Of a stretch of DNA of 64,000 nt, positions 45,829 to 60,507 are shown in pieces. The notes under the pieces are model-generated. The model had not been told where the DNA came from. It saw only the letters and a program-made list of their open reading frames with translations, and searched no databases. The position numbers and the translations under genes are program-made. This DNA is from Escherichia coli (GTDB lineage Bacteria; Pseudomonadota; Gammaproteobacteria; Enterobacterales; Enterobacteriaceae), in NCBI RefSeq assembly GCF_024502345.1, contig NZ_JALDNN010000001.1, one strand, 5' to 3'. Position 1 is the first letter of the stretch. Every line of letters begins with the position of its first letter.

Positions 45829-46929
45829 ATGTCAAATGCTCAAGAGGCGGTAAAAACCCGCCACAAGGAGACTTCACTTATTTTCCCGGTTCTGGCGCTG
45901 GTAGTGCTGTTCCTGTGGGGAAGCAGCCAGACACTACCAGTGGTCATTGCCATCAATCTTCTTGCGCTTATTGGTATTTTAAGTAGCGCCTTTAGTGTTG
46001 TCCGTCATGCGGACGTATTAGCCCATCGCCTGGGAGAACCTTACGGTTCGCTTATTCTTAGCCTTTCAGTGGTTATTCTTGAAGTTAGTTTGATTTCAGC
46101 TTTAATGGCAACTGGCGACGCCGCGCCAACGCTAATGCGTGATACGCTCTATTCAATCATTATGATTGTTACCGGTGGGCTGGTTGGCTTTTCATTATTG
46201 TTGGGCGGTCGTAAGTTTGCCACCCAATATATGAATCTGTTTGGTATCAAGCAGTATTTAATTGCGCTGTTCCCCCTGGCGATAATCGTACTGGTATTTC
46301 CAATGGCTCTGCCTGCGGCGAATTTTTCAACCGGTCAGGCGTTACTGGTAGCATTAATTTCTGCGGCAATGTATGGCGTATTTTTGCTGATCCAGACCAA
46401 AACGCATCAAAGTTTGTTTGTCTACGAGCACGAAGATGACAGTGATGACGACGACCCGCACCACGGTAAACCGTCTGCCCATAGCAGCCTGTGGCATGCT
46501 ATCTGGTTGATTATCCACCTGATTGCCGTTATTGCAGTCACCAAAATGAACGCCAGCCCGCTGGAGACTTTGCTCGACAGCATGAATGCCCCTGTCGCCT
46601 TTACTGGCTTCCTGGTGGCACTGTTGATTCTGTCGCCGGAAGGTTTAGGTGCATTAAAAGCAGTGTTGAACAACCAGGTCCAGCGCGCGATGAATCTGTT
46701 CTTTGGTTCAGTGTTAGCAACAATTTCGCTTACCGTACCTGTCGTCACGCTAATTGCCTTTATGACGGGTAACGAATTGCAGTTTGCACTTGGTGCGCCA
46801 GAAATGGTGGTGATGGTGGCCTCTTTAGTGCTGTGCCATATCTCCTTCTCCACCGGACGTACTAACGTGCTCAATGGCGCAGCGCATCTGGCACTGTTTG
46901 CCGCCTATTTGATGACGATATTTGCCTGA
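45829..46929 (+). CDS. chaA: Na+(K+,Ca2+)/H+ antiporter ChaA
   Basis: 366 aa from MSNAQEAVKTRHKETSLIFPVL...; acidic DDSDDDD loop; ORF track 45742 start is an extension. Confidence 0.93.
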   Translation: MSNAQEAVKTRHKETSLIFPVLALVVLFLWGSSQTLPVVIAINLLALIGILSSAFSVVRHADVLAHRLGEPYGSLILSLSVVILEVSLISALMATGDAAPTLMRDTLYSIIMIVTGGLVGFSLLLGGRKFATQYMNLFGIKQYLIALFPLAIIVLVFPMALPAANFSTGQALLVALISAAMYGVFLLIQTKTHQSLFVYEHEDDSDDDDPHHGKPSAHSSLWHAIWLIIHLIAVIAVTKMNASPLETLLDSMNAPVAFTGFLVALLILSPEGLGALKAVLNNQVQRAMNLFFGSVLATISLTVPVVTLIAFMTGNELQFALGAPEMVVMVASLVLCHISFSTGRTNVLNGAAHLALFAAYLMTIFA

Positions 46930-47059
46930 CAGTTATATCTCCTCCGATGACGGAAATCGGGGGAGATAATATAAATTCCTGCTTATTGTATTTCTTCATA
47001 CTACCTGGACAGGTCGTTAATCAGAATTGCGAGCCTGTACCACAACCTGCACGAATCCA

Positions 47060-47525
47060 CTGCAACAGCTGTTGAAAAGCCGGAATGTACTCTTCATTGC
47101 AAACATTTCAGGGATGAAGTGAAGATGAATTGAGACGTAGTATCCACACCAAGCCGGCGTTATCCGGTGAGGCGCAATGTTGCGTGGGCTTTATCCCTGG
47201 TGGCATTGGTTGCTGGAAAGAGAAAACCCCCGCACGTTGAGAGGTAAAACCTGACAACAGAACGGGGGCTAATCTTGAAACCAGACACTTCAAGAATAGC
47301 CGCAAAATGTTGTCATTACAACAAGGCGGCTATATGACGCTCGCGCAGTTTGCCATGACTTTCTGGCACGACCTGGCGGCACCGATCCTGGCGGGAATTA
47401 TTACCGCAGCGATTGTCGGCTGGTGGCGTAACCGGAAGTAAGGTGAAAACGGGCGTCAGGCTGCCGTGATGGCAATATGCGCCCGAAACCGGCCGCAGGG
47501 GTAACAGCCTGCGGCCATTTTTGTC
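47060..47525 (+). repeat. Long direct repeat unit 1 (Ldr/Rdl type I toxin-antitoxin locus) with rho-independent terminator
   Basis: About 535-bp unit repeated at 47595; hairpin GGCCGCAGGGGTAACAGCCTGCGGCC plus T-run at 47495-47522. Confidence 0.85.
47334..47441 (+). CDS. ldr: Ldr small toxic peptide (35 aa)
   Basis: MTLAQFAMTFWHDLAAPILAGIITAAIVGWWRNRK; Rdl antisense RNA expected on opposite strand upstream. Confidence 0.88.
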   Translation: MTLAQFAMTFWHDLAAPILAGIITAAIVGWWRNRK

Positions 47526-47594
47526 TTTATCACTTCCACAAGTAAATATTGGCAACCCGAGCTGGAAGCATCATCCAGAGCACTCATGAAACGA

Positions 47595-48060
47595 CTGTAA
47601 CAGCTGTTGAAAAACCGGAATGCACTCTTCATTGCAAACATTTCAGGGATGAAGTGAAGATGAATTGAGTCGTAGTATCCACACCAAGCCGGCGTTATCC
47701 GGTGAGGCGCAATGTTGCGGGGGCTTTATCCCTGGTGGCATTGGTTGCTGGAAAGAGAAAACCCCCGCACGTTGAGAGGTAAAACCTGACAACAGAACGG
47801 GGGCTAATCTTGAACCATCAACAATTCAAGAATAGCCGCAAAATGTTGTCATTACAACAAGGCGGCTATATGACGCTCGCGCAGTTTGCCATGATTTTCT
47901 GGCATGACCTGGCAGCACCGATCCTGGCGGGAATTATTACCGCAGCGATTGTCGGCTGGTGGCGTAACCGGAAGTAAGGCGAAAACGGGCGTCAGGCTGC
48001 CGTGATGGCAATATGCGCCCGAAACCGGCCGCAGGGATAACAGCCTGCGGCCTTTTTTGT
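47595..48060 (+). repeat. Long direct repeat unit 2 (Ldr/Rdl) with terminator
   Basis: Near-identical copy of unit 1 with scattered substitutions. Confidence 0.85.
47870..47977 (+). CDS. ldr: Ldr small toxic peptide (35 aa), second copy
   Basis: MTLAQFAMIFWHDLAAPILAGIITAAIVGWWRNRK (T9I relative to copy 1). Confidence 0.88.
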   Translation: MTLAQFAMIFWHDLAAPILAGIITAAIVGWWRNRK

Positions 48061-48125
48061 ATCCGGCACCCATGAAAAAAGTCTTAACGCAGAACGCTAA
48101 GACTTTATTTTTCAAGCAAAAAAGA

Positions 48126-48989
<864 letters not shown>

Positions 48990-49015
48990 TTAATCTTGAG
49001 TAAAATGTCGATTAA

Positions 49016-49825
49016 TTAATGCAGCACAATATGTTTATGCGCGATGTTATTTATTTGCGCACGGATCATTTCGCTGATCGGGTCTTCCGGACACTGTTCA
49101 ACGAAATAACTTAAATCGTTCAACGCAACGTGTTCGCAATCCAGTTGCGCATAAATCAACCCGCGATCGCGAATTTCATAGGGATCTTCAGGGTTGAATT
49201 GTAATAAAGCTTCGCTGGTGCGTAACGCCAGCTCCATCTGATTTTCTTCCATCAACGAGGCTTTGAGTGTATCCAGCAATTTGCGGATTACCTCAATGTT
49301 ATCAGCTTCATCAAGGTCTTCATAAAACAGTTCCGCCGACGGGCTGATATTTCCCTTTAACCATACGTCCAGCATATGTTCGCTTAACGATTCACCGTTA
49401 AAAGGATTAATCAGCCAAATTTCGCCATCCGGACACTCAATGCGCAATATCAGCTGCGTAGGGAAAATCACCGGCAGCAGCGGCAAATCGAGACGATTCG
49501 CGACCCATAATAAAACCGCACCTAATGATACCGCACTGCCCTGTCGATTCTTTAACACCTGGTCCAGCCATAATGCATCGGAAAGACGATAAACGCCGCG
49601 TGAGGCTTTAAATCCCCAGTCGCCGTAAAACAGCGCGATCAGTTTTTCCAGCTGCTCTTCTAAAGGCAGAAGCTGGCTGATTTCTTCCTTCGCCAGACTA
49701 ACGAGACGCTCCAGTTCGTCGTAAACATCTTGCGAGGGAAAATCGCGGCGGATTGCTTCGCAAGCCAGGATCATGCCTTCGCACAATGGCGCTTTATTAA
49801 ATTCGAAATCAGCTAACGATCTCAT
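49016..49825 (-). CDS. sirB1: SirB1/YchA (transglutaminase-like/TPR protein)
   Basis: 269 aa ORF between kdsA and sirB2. Confidence 0.88.
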   Translation of the reverse strand: MRSLADFEFNKAPLCEGMILACEAIRRDFPSQDVYDELERLVSLAKEEISQLLPLEEQLEKLIALFYGDWGFKASRGVYRLSDALWLDQVLKNRQGSAVSLGAVLLWVANRLDLPLLPVIFPTQLILRIECPDGEIWLINPFNGESLSEHMLDVWLKGNISPSAELFYEDLDEADNIEVIRKLLDTLKASLMEENQMELALRTSEALLQFNPEDPYEIRDRGLIYAQLDCEHVALNDLSYFVEQCPEDPISEMIRAQINNIAHKHIVLH

Positions 49826-49828
49826 GAC

Positions 49829-50221
49829 TTACCCCAGTAACGGTACTTTTGTGGTGGCGAGTTTAATGATGATGTACAGCACCACCAACGCCAGCGGGAA
49901 GGCAATAATGCGCGCCTGCTGACTGTGCATACGACGATAATCGAGTGCAATAAAACCCAAAACGATATAAATGATAACTCCAAACAGCTTTTCAGTCAGC
50001 CACTGTGCCTGCCCGGAAAATGGTAGGATGTGCGCTTTAGCCATCAACGCAATGCCGCTTAACAATAACACCGTATCGACAACCGGCGGCACAATGCGCG
50101 TCCAGCGAGCAAATGCCTGTGGATGCTTCTGATAACGTAGCCAGAAACGTAAGGTTAATAGCCCAACAGAAAGCGCGATACTAATAAGATGAACACTAAG
50201 CAGTGTAGAAAAACTTGTCAT
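49829..50221 (-). CDS. sirB2: SirB2/YchQ inner membrane protein
   Basis: 130 aa hydrophobic ORF. Confidence 0.88.
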   Translation of the reverse strand: MTSFSTLLSVHLISIALSVGLLTLRFWLRYQKHPQAFARWTRIVPPVVDTVLLLSGIALMAKAHILPFSGQAQWLTEKLFGVIIYIVLGFIALDYRRMHSQQARIIAFPLALVVLYIIIKLATTKVPLLG

Positions 50222-51051
50222 TGATAATAGCGGCCGAGCGTTACGCGCTCGTTATCACCATAGTCATGGCAGGTTTCGACGTCATGATACCCCGCGAGGA
50301 TAAATGCTTGTCGCACCGCTTCGCCCTGCTGCCAGCCATGTTCCAGAAGCAGAAAGCCGCCGGATACCAGCGCGTTACGCGACTGTTCGATGATATGCAC
50401 GATGTCTGCCATTCCACTGTCTGCCGCAACCAGCGCAGTGAGCGGCTCAAAGCGGACATCGCCTTGTTGAAGATGTGGGTCCTGCTCGTCAATATACGGC
50501 GGATTGCTGACAATCATCGCAAACTGCTGCCCGGCTAGCGCGCTAAACCAGTCGCTTTGCAGAATGTGGATATTTTTGATCGCCAGATGCTGGGCATTAC
50601 GTTGTGCCAGGGAGACAGCATCAGGCATACGATCTACAGCGATAATTTCGCAGTCCGGGCGCTCGCTAGCCAGCGCAAGCGCAATCGCCCCGGTACCCGT
50701 CCCGAGATCAAGAATACGGCAAGGTTGTTCAGGCAACCGCGCCAGTGCCTGCTCCACCAGACACTCCGTATCCGGGCGCGGAATTAAGGTCGCTGGCGAA
50801 ACAAATAACGGCAACGACCAGAATTCTCGCACCCCGGTTAAATGAGCAATGGGTTCACCATCGCGACGACGTGTCAGTAGCGCATCAAGTTGCTGACATT
50901 GTTCGTCAGTCAGCTGCGTTTCACCAAAGGCGAGAATAAAAGTACGCCCTCTGCCGGTAACATGTTCCAGCAGGATTTCAGCATCACGCCGCGGGCTTTC
51001 GCTCGCCTGAAGTTGGCTTATTGCTTCACGTAACCAGTATTGATATTCCAT
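50218..51051 (-). CDS. prmC: Release factor glutamine methyltransferase PrmC (HemK)
   Basis: 277 aa, SAM-binding DLGTGTG and NPPY motif. Confidence 0.96.
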   Translation of the reverse strand: MEYQYWLREAISQLQASESPRRDAEILLEHVTGRGRTFILAFGETQLTDEQCQQLDALLTRRRDGEPIAHLTGVREFWSLPLFVSPATLIPRPDTECLVEQALARLPEQPCRILDLGTGTGAIALALASERPDCEIIAVDRMPDAVSLAQRNAQHLAIKNIHILQSDWFSALAGQQFAMIVSNPPYIDEQDPHLQQGDVRFEPLTALVAADSGMADIVHIIEQSRNALVSGGFLLLEHGWQQGEAVRQAFILAGYHDVETCHDYGDNERVTLGRYYQ

Positions 51052-52133
51052 TATTCCTGCTCGGACAACGCCGCCAGTTGGTCGGCCTGATGTTCCTGGA
51101 TAATCGGTTCAATCAGCATATCCAGCTTACCTTCCATCACTTCATCCAGGCGGTAGAGCGTCAGGTTGATGCGGTGATCGGTAACGCGCCCCTGCGGGAA
51201 ATTGTAAGTACGGTTACGGTCGCTGCGATCGCCACTCCCCAGCAGGTTACGACGGGTAGACGCTTCGGCCTGTTGGCGTTTTGCCATTTCAGCAGCGTGG
51301 ATGCGAGCACCGAGCACTGAAAGCGCCTTCGCTTTGTTTTTATGTTGTGAACGTTCGTCCTGACATTCAACAACAATCCCGGTCGGCAAGTGAGTAATAC
51401 GAATTGCCGAATCGGTGGTGTTAACGTGCTGACCACCCGCCCCTGACGAGCGGAAAGTATCAATGCGTAAATCTGCTGGGTTGATGTCCGGCAGTTCTGC
51501 GTCAGGCAGTTCTGGCATTACCGCAACGGTACAAGCAGAAGTATGAATACGACCCTGCGATTCCGTAGCAGGAACACGCTGCACGCGATGACCGCCGGAT
51601 TCAAATTTCAGACGACCATACACACCATCACCGCTAATTTTGGCGATGATCTCTTTATAACCACCATGTTCACCCTCGCTGGCGCTCATGATTTCTACCC
51701 GCCAGCGGCGGGCTTCGGCGTAACGGCTGTACATACGGAACAGATCGCCCGCGAACAGCGCCGCTTCGTCGCCGCCGGTTCCGGCTCGGACTTCGAGGAA
51801 GGCGTTACGTTCGTCATCAGGATCTTTTGGCAGTAACAGAACCTGTAATTGCTGTTCCAGTTGCTCGCTTTTTTCTTTAGCTTCGCGCAGTTCATCCTGC
51901 GCCATCTCACGCATTTCAGGATCGTCGAGCATCATCTGTGCGGTTTCGATATCTTCCTGAACCTGTTGCCAGTCGGTAAAACAGCGCGAAACATCACTTA
52001 ACTGCGCATATTCGCGTGATAATGCGCGAAAACGTTCCTGGTCGGCGATAGTTTGCGCGTCACCCAGCAACGCCTGAACTTCTTCATGGCGTTCATGCAG
52101 GGCTTCCAGTTTGGCAACGATAGAAGGCTTCAT
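51051..52133 (-). CDS. prfA: Peptide chain release factor 1
   Basis: 360 aa with GGQ motif (SGAGGQHVN) and PxT-type recognition region. Confidence 0.98.
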
Positions 52134-52174
52134 AGGCGTAAATGCACCCTGTAAAAAAAGAAAATGATGTACTG

Positions 52175-53431
52175 CTACTCCAGCCCGAGGCTGTCGCGCA
52201 GAATATTCAGGCGTTCGTTATCCCCGTCACGGGCGGCCTGTTGAAGTGATTTCGTTGGCGCATGGATCAAGCGGTTAGTCAGTTTCCATGCCAGATCCTG
52301 CATAATGGCTTGCGCGTCGCCGCCCTGCTCAAGGGCCGCTAACGCTTTGGCGGTTAACTCATCGCGAACTTGCTCTGCCTGGCTGCGATACTCGCGAATG
52401 GTTTCGCTGGCGCTTTGTGCTCGCAGCCACGCCATAAATTCGCTGGTTTCCTGAGCGACAATAGTTTCCGCCTCAACCGCTGCGGCTTTACGCTGCGCCA
52501 GGTTGTGCGAAATGATGCTTTGCAGATCATCAACGCTATAAAGATAAGCATTCGCCAGTTTGCCAACTTCCGGCTCAACATCGCGCGGAACGGCAATATC
52601 CACCAACAGCATTGGTTGGTTGCGACGGCTTTTTAATGCGCGCTCCACCATGCCTTTCCCGATAATCGGTAACGGGCTGGCGGTGGAACTGATGATGATA
52701 TCGGCTTCGCGCAGACGTTCGTCGATATCACTCAGGGCAATCACTTCCGCACCGACTTCATCTGCCAGAATTTGGGCACGTTCGCGAGTGCGGTTGGCGA
52801 TAATCATCTTCTGTACTTTATGTTCGCGCAGATGACGCGCTACCAGCTCGATGGTTTCGCCCGCGCCTACCAGCAACACTGTGACCGTAGAGAGCGATTC
52901 AAAGATCTGCCGCGCCAGCGTACAAGCCGCAAAAGCGACAGACACAGCGCTGGCACCGATATCTGTTTCAGTGCGAACGCGTTTCGCTACAGAGAAAGAT
53001 TTCTGGAACATGCGTTCCAGTTCGCTGGCCTTCATATGGCCTTTTTGCGAATCGGCAAACGCTTTTTTAACCTGACCGAGGATCTGCGGCTCCCCAAGAA
53101 CCAGTGAATCCAGGCCGCTGGCAACACGCATTAAATGGCTAACCGCGTCGTTATCCTGATGCCAGTAGAGGCTTTTACGCAGATCTTCTTCATTAAGATT
53201 GTGATAATCGCAAAGCCAGCGGATTAACGCCTCTTGCAGGTTATCCTGCTCTTCAACGCTAAGATAAAGTTCCGTGCGGTTGCACGTCGACAGCACCACG
53301 CCGCCCTGCACCATCGGCTGCGCAAGCAGGCTGTCAAGCGCCTGATCGAGCTTATCCGGCGAAAACGATACACGTTCTCGCAGCGATACAGGTGCCGTTT
53401 TATGGTTGATACCGAGTGCTAAAAGGGTCAT
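52175..53431 (-). CDS. hemA: Glutamyl-tRNA reductase
   Basis: 418 aa from [21 protein letters not shown]...; ORF track 53629 start is a 66-codon extension. Confidence 0.96.
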
Positions 53432-53575
53432 GTCTGCGGGAAATAATACCAACGTTGATAGGGTTAGTCTGCTTGCATCATACAGGATGCGTAAGATCAA
53501 TAAAAGAGAGCGCCCCCTTTTGGAGTAATTGCCGAAAGCCGTTAGATTCTGGCAATTAAGACAACTTGAACATAG

Positions 53576-54267
<692 letters not shown>

Positions 54268-54268
<1 letters not shown>

Positions 54269-55119
54269 TGCGGACACAGTGGCCCTCTCCGGCAAAACTT
54301 AATCTGTTTTTATACATTACCGGTCAGCGTGCGGATGGTTACCACACGCTGCAAACGCTGTTTCAGTTTCTTGATTACGGCGACACCATCAGCATTGAGC
54401 TTCGTGACGATGGGGATATTCGTCTGTTAACGCCCGTTGAAGGCGTGGAACATGAAGATAACCTGATCGTTCGCGCAGCGCGGTTATTGATGAAAACTGC
54501 GGCAGACAGCGGGCGTCTTCCGACGGGAAGCGGTGCGAATATCAGCATTGACAAGCGTTTGCCGATGGGCGGCGGTCTCGGCGGTGGTTCATCCAATGCC
54601 GCGACGGTCCTGGTGGCATTAAATCATCTCTGGCAATGCGGGCTAAGCATGGATGAGCTGGCGGAAATGGGGCTGACGCTGGGCGCAGATGTTCCTGTCT
54701 TTGTTCGGGGGCATGCCGCGTTTGCCGAAGGCGTTGGTGAAATACTAACGCCGGTGGATCCGCCAGAGAAGTGGTATCTGGTGGCGCACCCTGGTGTAAG
54801 TATTCCAACACCGGTGATTTTTAAAGATCCTGAACTCCCGCGCAATACGCCAAAAAGGTCAATAGAAACGTTGCTAAAATGTGAATTCAGCAATGATTGC
54901 GAGGTTATCGCAAGAAAACGTTTTCGCGAGGTTGATGCGGTGCTTTCCTGGCTGTTAGAATACGCCCCGTCGCGCCTGACTGGGACAGGGGCCTGTGTCT
55001 TTGCTGAATTTGATACAGAGTCTGAAGCCCGCCAGGTGCTAGAGCAAGCCCCGGAATGGCTCAATGGCTTTGTGGCGAAAGGCGCTAATCTTTCCCCATT
55101 GCACAGAGCCATGCTTTAA
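54268..55119 (+). CDS. ispE: 4-diphosphocytidyl-2-C-methyl-D-erythritol kinase
   Basis: 283 aa GHMP kinase motif [14 protein letters not shown]; overlaps lolB stop. Confidence 0.96.
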
Positions 55120-55143
55120 GCCGGGCAAGCTGAGTTTCGGTGA

Positions 55144-56217
<1,074 letters not shown>

Positions 56218-56230
56218 TCGAACCCGGCTC

Positions 56231-56257
56231 AAAGACCCGCTGCGGCGGGTTTTTTTG
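56231..56257 (+). terminator. Intrinsic terminator after prs
   Basis: AAAGACCCGC-TGCG-GCGGGTTTTTTT. Confidence 0.88.
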
Positions 56258-56341
56258 TCTGTAATATCCATTTGTATGACCTATGCCTCCTTCACCTGCC
56301 ATTTAGTTGACAGATGATGCGCTCACGGATGAAACATTATT

Positions 56342-58021
56342 GTGAACAAAATATTTTCCTCACATGTGATGCCTTTCCGCGCTCTGATCGACGCTTGCTG
56401 GAAAGAAAAATATACTGCCGCACGGTTTACCCGTGACCTGATTGCAGGGATAACCGTCGGGATTATTGCTATCCCGCTGGCGATGGCGTTGGCTATTGGT
56501 AGTGGTGTGGCACCCCAGTACGGTTTATATACCGCAGCTGTTGCGGGGATTGTCATTGCTCTGACGGGTGGGTCACGCTTTAGCGTTTCCGGTCCGACTG
56601 CGGCATTTGTGGTAATTCTCTATCCCGTGTCGCAACAGTTTGGGCTGGCAGGACTGCTGGTTGCGACCTTGCTGTCGGGGATCTTTTTGATTCTGATGGG
56701 TCTGGCACGCTTTGGTCGCCTGATTGAGTATATTCCGGTTTCCGTCACCTTAGGTTTCACCTCGGGTATCGGGATCACCATCGGTACCATGCAGATTAAA
56801 GATTTTCTCGGTCTGCAAATGGCCCATGTCCCGGAACATTATCTACAAAAAGTCGGCGCATTATTTATGGCGCTGCCGACCATTAATGTGGGTGATGCTG
56901 CCATTGGCATTGTGACGCTAGGTATTCTTGTTTTCTGGCCGCGTCTGGGCATTCGTTTACCCGGTCACCTTCCGGCCTTGCTGGCTGGTTGCGCGGTGAT
57001 GGGGATTGTTAACCTGCTCGGCGGACATGTTGCTACCATCGGTTCGCAATTCCACTACGTCCTGGCCGATGGTTCTCAGGGTAACGGTATTCCGCAACTG
57101 CTGCCGCAACTGGTGCTGCCGTGGGATCTGCCTAATTCAGAATTCACGCTAACCTGGGATTCTATTCGCACACTGCTGCCTGCGGCATTCTCAATGGCAA
57201 TGCTCGGCGCAATCGAATCTCTGCTCTGCGCCGTGGTGCTGGATGGTATGACCGGGACGAAACACAAGGCGAATAGCGAACTGGTTGGACAGGGACTGGG
57301 GAATATCATCGCTCCGTTCTTTGGTGGTATTACCGCTACCGCTGCCATCGCGCGTTCTGCCGCTAACGTCCGTGCCGGGGCAACTTCCCCTATCTCGGCG
57401 GTGATCCACTCTATTCTGGTTATTCTTGCCCTGCTGGTACTGGCACCGCTGCTCTCCTGGCTGCCGCTTTCCGCTATGGCAGCCCTGCTGTTGATGGTGG
57501 CGTGGAACATGAGTGAAGCGCATAAAGTGGTCGACTTGCTGCGTCATGCACCGAAAGATGACATCATTGTCATGCTGCTGTGCATGTCGCTGACCGTGCT
57601 GTTTGATATGGTTATTGCCATCAGCGTGGGGATCGTGCTGGCATCGCTGCTGTTTATGCGTCGTATCGCACGTATGACTCGCCTGGCACCGGTAGTCGTA
57701 GATGTTCCAGACGATGTCCTGGTTCTGCGCGTTATTGGCCCGCTGTTTTTTGCTGCTGCTGAAGGCTTGTTCACGGACCTGGAGTCACGTCTTGAAGGCA
57801 AACGGATTGTGATTCTGAAGTGGGATGCCGTTCCGGTACTTGATGCTGGTGGTCTTGATGCGTTCCAGCGTTTTGTGAAGCGTCTACCCGAAGGATGTGA
57901 ACTGCGCGTGTGCAACGTGGAATTCCAGCCACTGCGCACTATGGCTCGCGCAGGCATTCAACCGATCCCGGGACGCCTCGCGTTCTTCCCGAATCGTCGC
58001 GCGGCGATGGCGGATTTATAA
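56342..58021 (+). CDS. dauA: SulP-family C4-dicarboxylate transporter DauA (YchM) with STAS domain
   Basis: 559 aa polytopic ORF with C-terminal STAS-like region. Confidence 0.93.
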
Positions 58022-58075
58022 GTACGAGATTGACCAGTCAGCGCAAACTGACTGGTCAGCAAACTGCATTATTTG

Positions 58076-58354
58076 TTAGCTATGACGGCGATTATCGCTA
58101 CGGCGGCAACGTTTGTCATAGTGGCGAACCCACCAGTAACGGTCGCACACCTGTTCATGCCCGCCAACACGGGCACCCGCCAGCCAGAGAATGGCACCGA
58201 CGAAAATACTTAGCACTGCACCATGTGCGAAATACTGGGGCATATTAAACTGTGGTAACTGGTTGAGGATTGAATACCCCACGCCGACCACCATTACCAC
58301 CAGACCCAACCCCATGAGCACGTTACCGAGTAACGAAGCGTTTTTGCGTTTCAT
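58076..58354 (-). CDS. ychH: Small inner membrane stress protein YchH
   Basis: 92 aa with two hydrophobic segments. Confidence 0.85.
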   Translation of the reverse strand: MKRKNASLLGNVLMGLGLVVMVVGVGYSILNQLPQFNMPQYFAHGAVLSIFVGAILWLAGARVGGHEQVCDRYWWVRHYDKRCRRSDNRRHS

Positions 58355-58631
58355 ATGTCACCTCCGGAACTTTCTGGGTTGTAACAGGGAATACCCCTCT
58401 TCCTTATGTGTAAAGTATAGACAACACCCTGTGGGTTATGTGCGGGCGTGATCACAATTACAACCCTTATTTCAACAAAACTTTACAAATAAACGCCTGA
58501 ACACCCTGACTTTCTAATAGTCCACTCAGGCAATTATTACGTTATCTGCATTTGATACGTAGTTTTTTGTCAAGCGGGGCCGCAACCAGTAAACTACGCG
58601 CCAGTTATGTACACACTCAGGACAAAAAAAC

Positions 58632-59216
58632 GTGACGATTAAATTGATTGTCGGCCTGGCGAACCCCGGTGCTGAATACGCCGCAACGCGACATAATGCT
58701 GGTGCCTGGTTCGTTGACTTACTGGCAGAGCGTTTGCGCGCTCCGCTGCGCGAAGAGGCTAAATTCTTTGGTTATACTTCGCGAGTCACCCTTGGAGGCG
58801 AAGATGTCCGCCTGTTAGTCCCGACTACATTTATGAATCTCAGCGGCAAAGCCGTTGCGGCGATGGCCAGTTTTTTCCGCATTAATCCGGACGAAATTCT
58901 GGTGGCTCACGACGAACTGGATCTGCCTCCTGGCGTCGCCAAATTTAAGTTGGGCGGTGGCCATGGTGGTCACAATGGACTGAAAGACATCATCAGTAAA
59001 TTGGGTAATAACCCTAACTTTCACCGTTTACGCATCGGAATCGGTCATCCGGGCGATAAAAATAAAGTTGTTGGTTTTGTGTTAGGCAAACCGCCTGTTA
59101 GTGAACAGAAGTTAATTGATGAAGCCATCGACGAAGCGGCGCGTTGTACTGAAATGTGGTTTACAGATGGCTTGACCAAAGCAACGAACCGATTGCACGC
59201 CTTTAAAGCGCAATAA
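58632..59216 (+). CDS. pth: Peptidyl-tRNA hydrolase
   Basis: 194 aa from GTG ([27 protein letters not shown]...). Confidence 0.97.
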
Positions 59217-59332
59217 GTCGTTGTCTGCGGCATTTTTGCCGAGTGCCGTGTATAATAGGCAAAGTTATTTCCATTTCTGCAATCTGTTAGCAATAACAGG
59301 TTGATTATTAAGATATTAAGGTGATTTAAATC

Positions 59333-60424
59333 ATGGGATTCAAATGCGGTATCGTCGGTTTGCCCAACGTCGGGAAATCTACCCTGTTCAACGCGCTGAC
59401 CAAAGCCGGTATTGAAGCGGCCAACTTTCCATTCTGCACCATTGAGCCGAACACAGGCGTCGTACCAATGCCTGATCCTCGCCTGGATCAACTGGCTGAA
59501 ATCGTAAAACCGCAGCGTACGCTTCCCACGACCATGGAATTTGTCGATATCGCCGGTCTGGTAAAAGGCGCATCGAAAGGCGAAGGTCTGGGTAACCAGT
59601 TCCTGACCAACATCCGTGAAACCGAAGCGATCGGTCACGTTGTTCGCTGCTTTGAAAATGACAACATCATTCACGTTTCCGGCAAAGTTAACCCGGCTGA
59701 CGATATTGAAGTTATCAACACCGAACTGGCGCTGGCAGACCTCGACACCTGCGAACGTGCGATTCATCGCGTACAGAAGAAAGCCAAAGGTGGCGATAAA
59801 GACGCGAAAGCTGAGCTGGCGGTCCTGGAAAAATGCCTGCCCCAGCTGGAAAACGCAGGTATGCTGCGCGCGCTGGATTTAAGCGCTGAAGAGAAAGCGG
59901 CTATTCGTTACCTGAGCTTCCTGACGCTGAAACCAACAATGTACATCGCCAACGTCAACGAAGACGGTTTTGAAAACAACCCATATCTTGACCAGGTGCG
60001 TGAAATCGCGGCGAAAGAAGGTTCTGTTGTGGTTCCGGTTTGTGCTGCTGTTGAAGCAGACATTGCCGAACTGGACGACGAAGAACGTGACGAGTTTATG
60101 CAGGAGCTTGGGCTGGAAGAGCCGGGTCTGAACCGTGTGATCCGTGCTGGTTATAAGCTGCTGAACCTGCAAACTTACTTCACCGCTGGGGTGAAAGAAG
60201 TGCGTGCATGGACCATTCCGGTTGGAGCAACCGCGCCGCAGGCAGCGGGCAAAATCCATACTGATTTTGAAAAAGGCTTTATCCGTGCACAAACCATCTC
60301 GTTTGAAGATTTCATCACTTACAAAGGTGAACAAGGCGCGAAAGAAGCAGGCAAAATGCGTGCAGAAGGCAAAGATTACATCGTTAAAGATGGCGATGTG
60401 ATGAACTTCCTTTTCAACGTCTAA
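59333..60424 (+). CDS. ychF: Ribosome-binding ATPase YchF (Obg-family)
   Basis: 363 aa, G1 motif [10 protein letters not shown]-terminal TGS domain. Confidence 0.97.
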
Positions 60425-60480
60425 TTAATTTATTGTCTCATGAGGTTTCGCTAAATCTCATGAAGAGCGCAAAAGCATAT

Positions 60481-60507
60481 AAAATCCACGCAATTGCGTG
60501 GATTTTT
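60481..60507 (+). terminator. Intrinsic terminator after ychF
   Basis: AAAATCCACGCAATTGCGTGGATTTTTCATTT. Confidence 0.85.
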
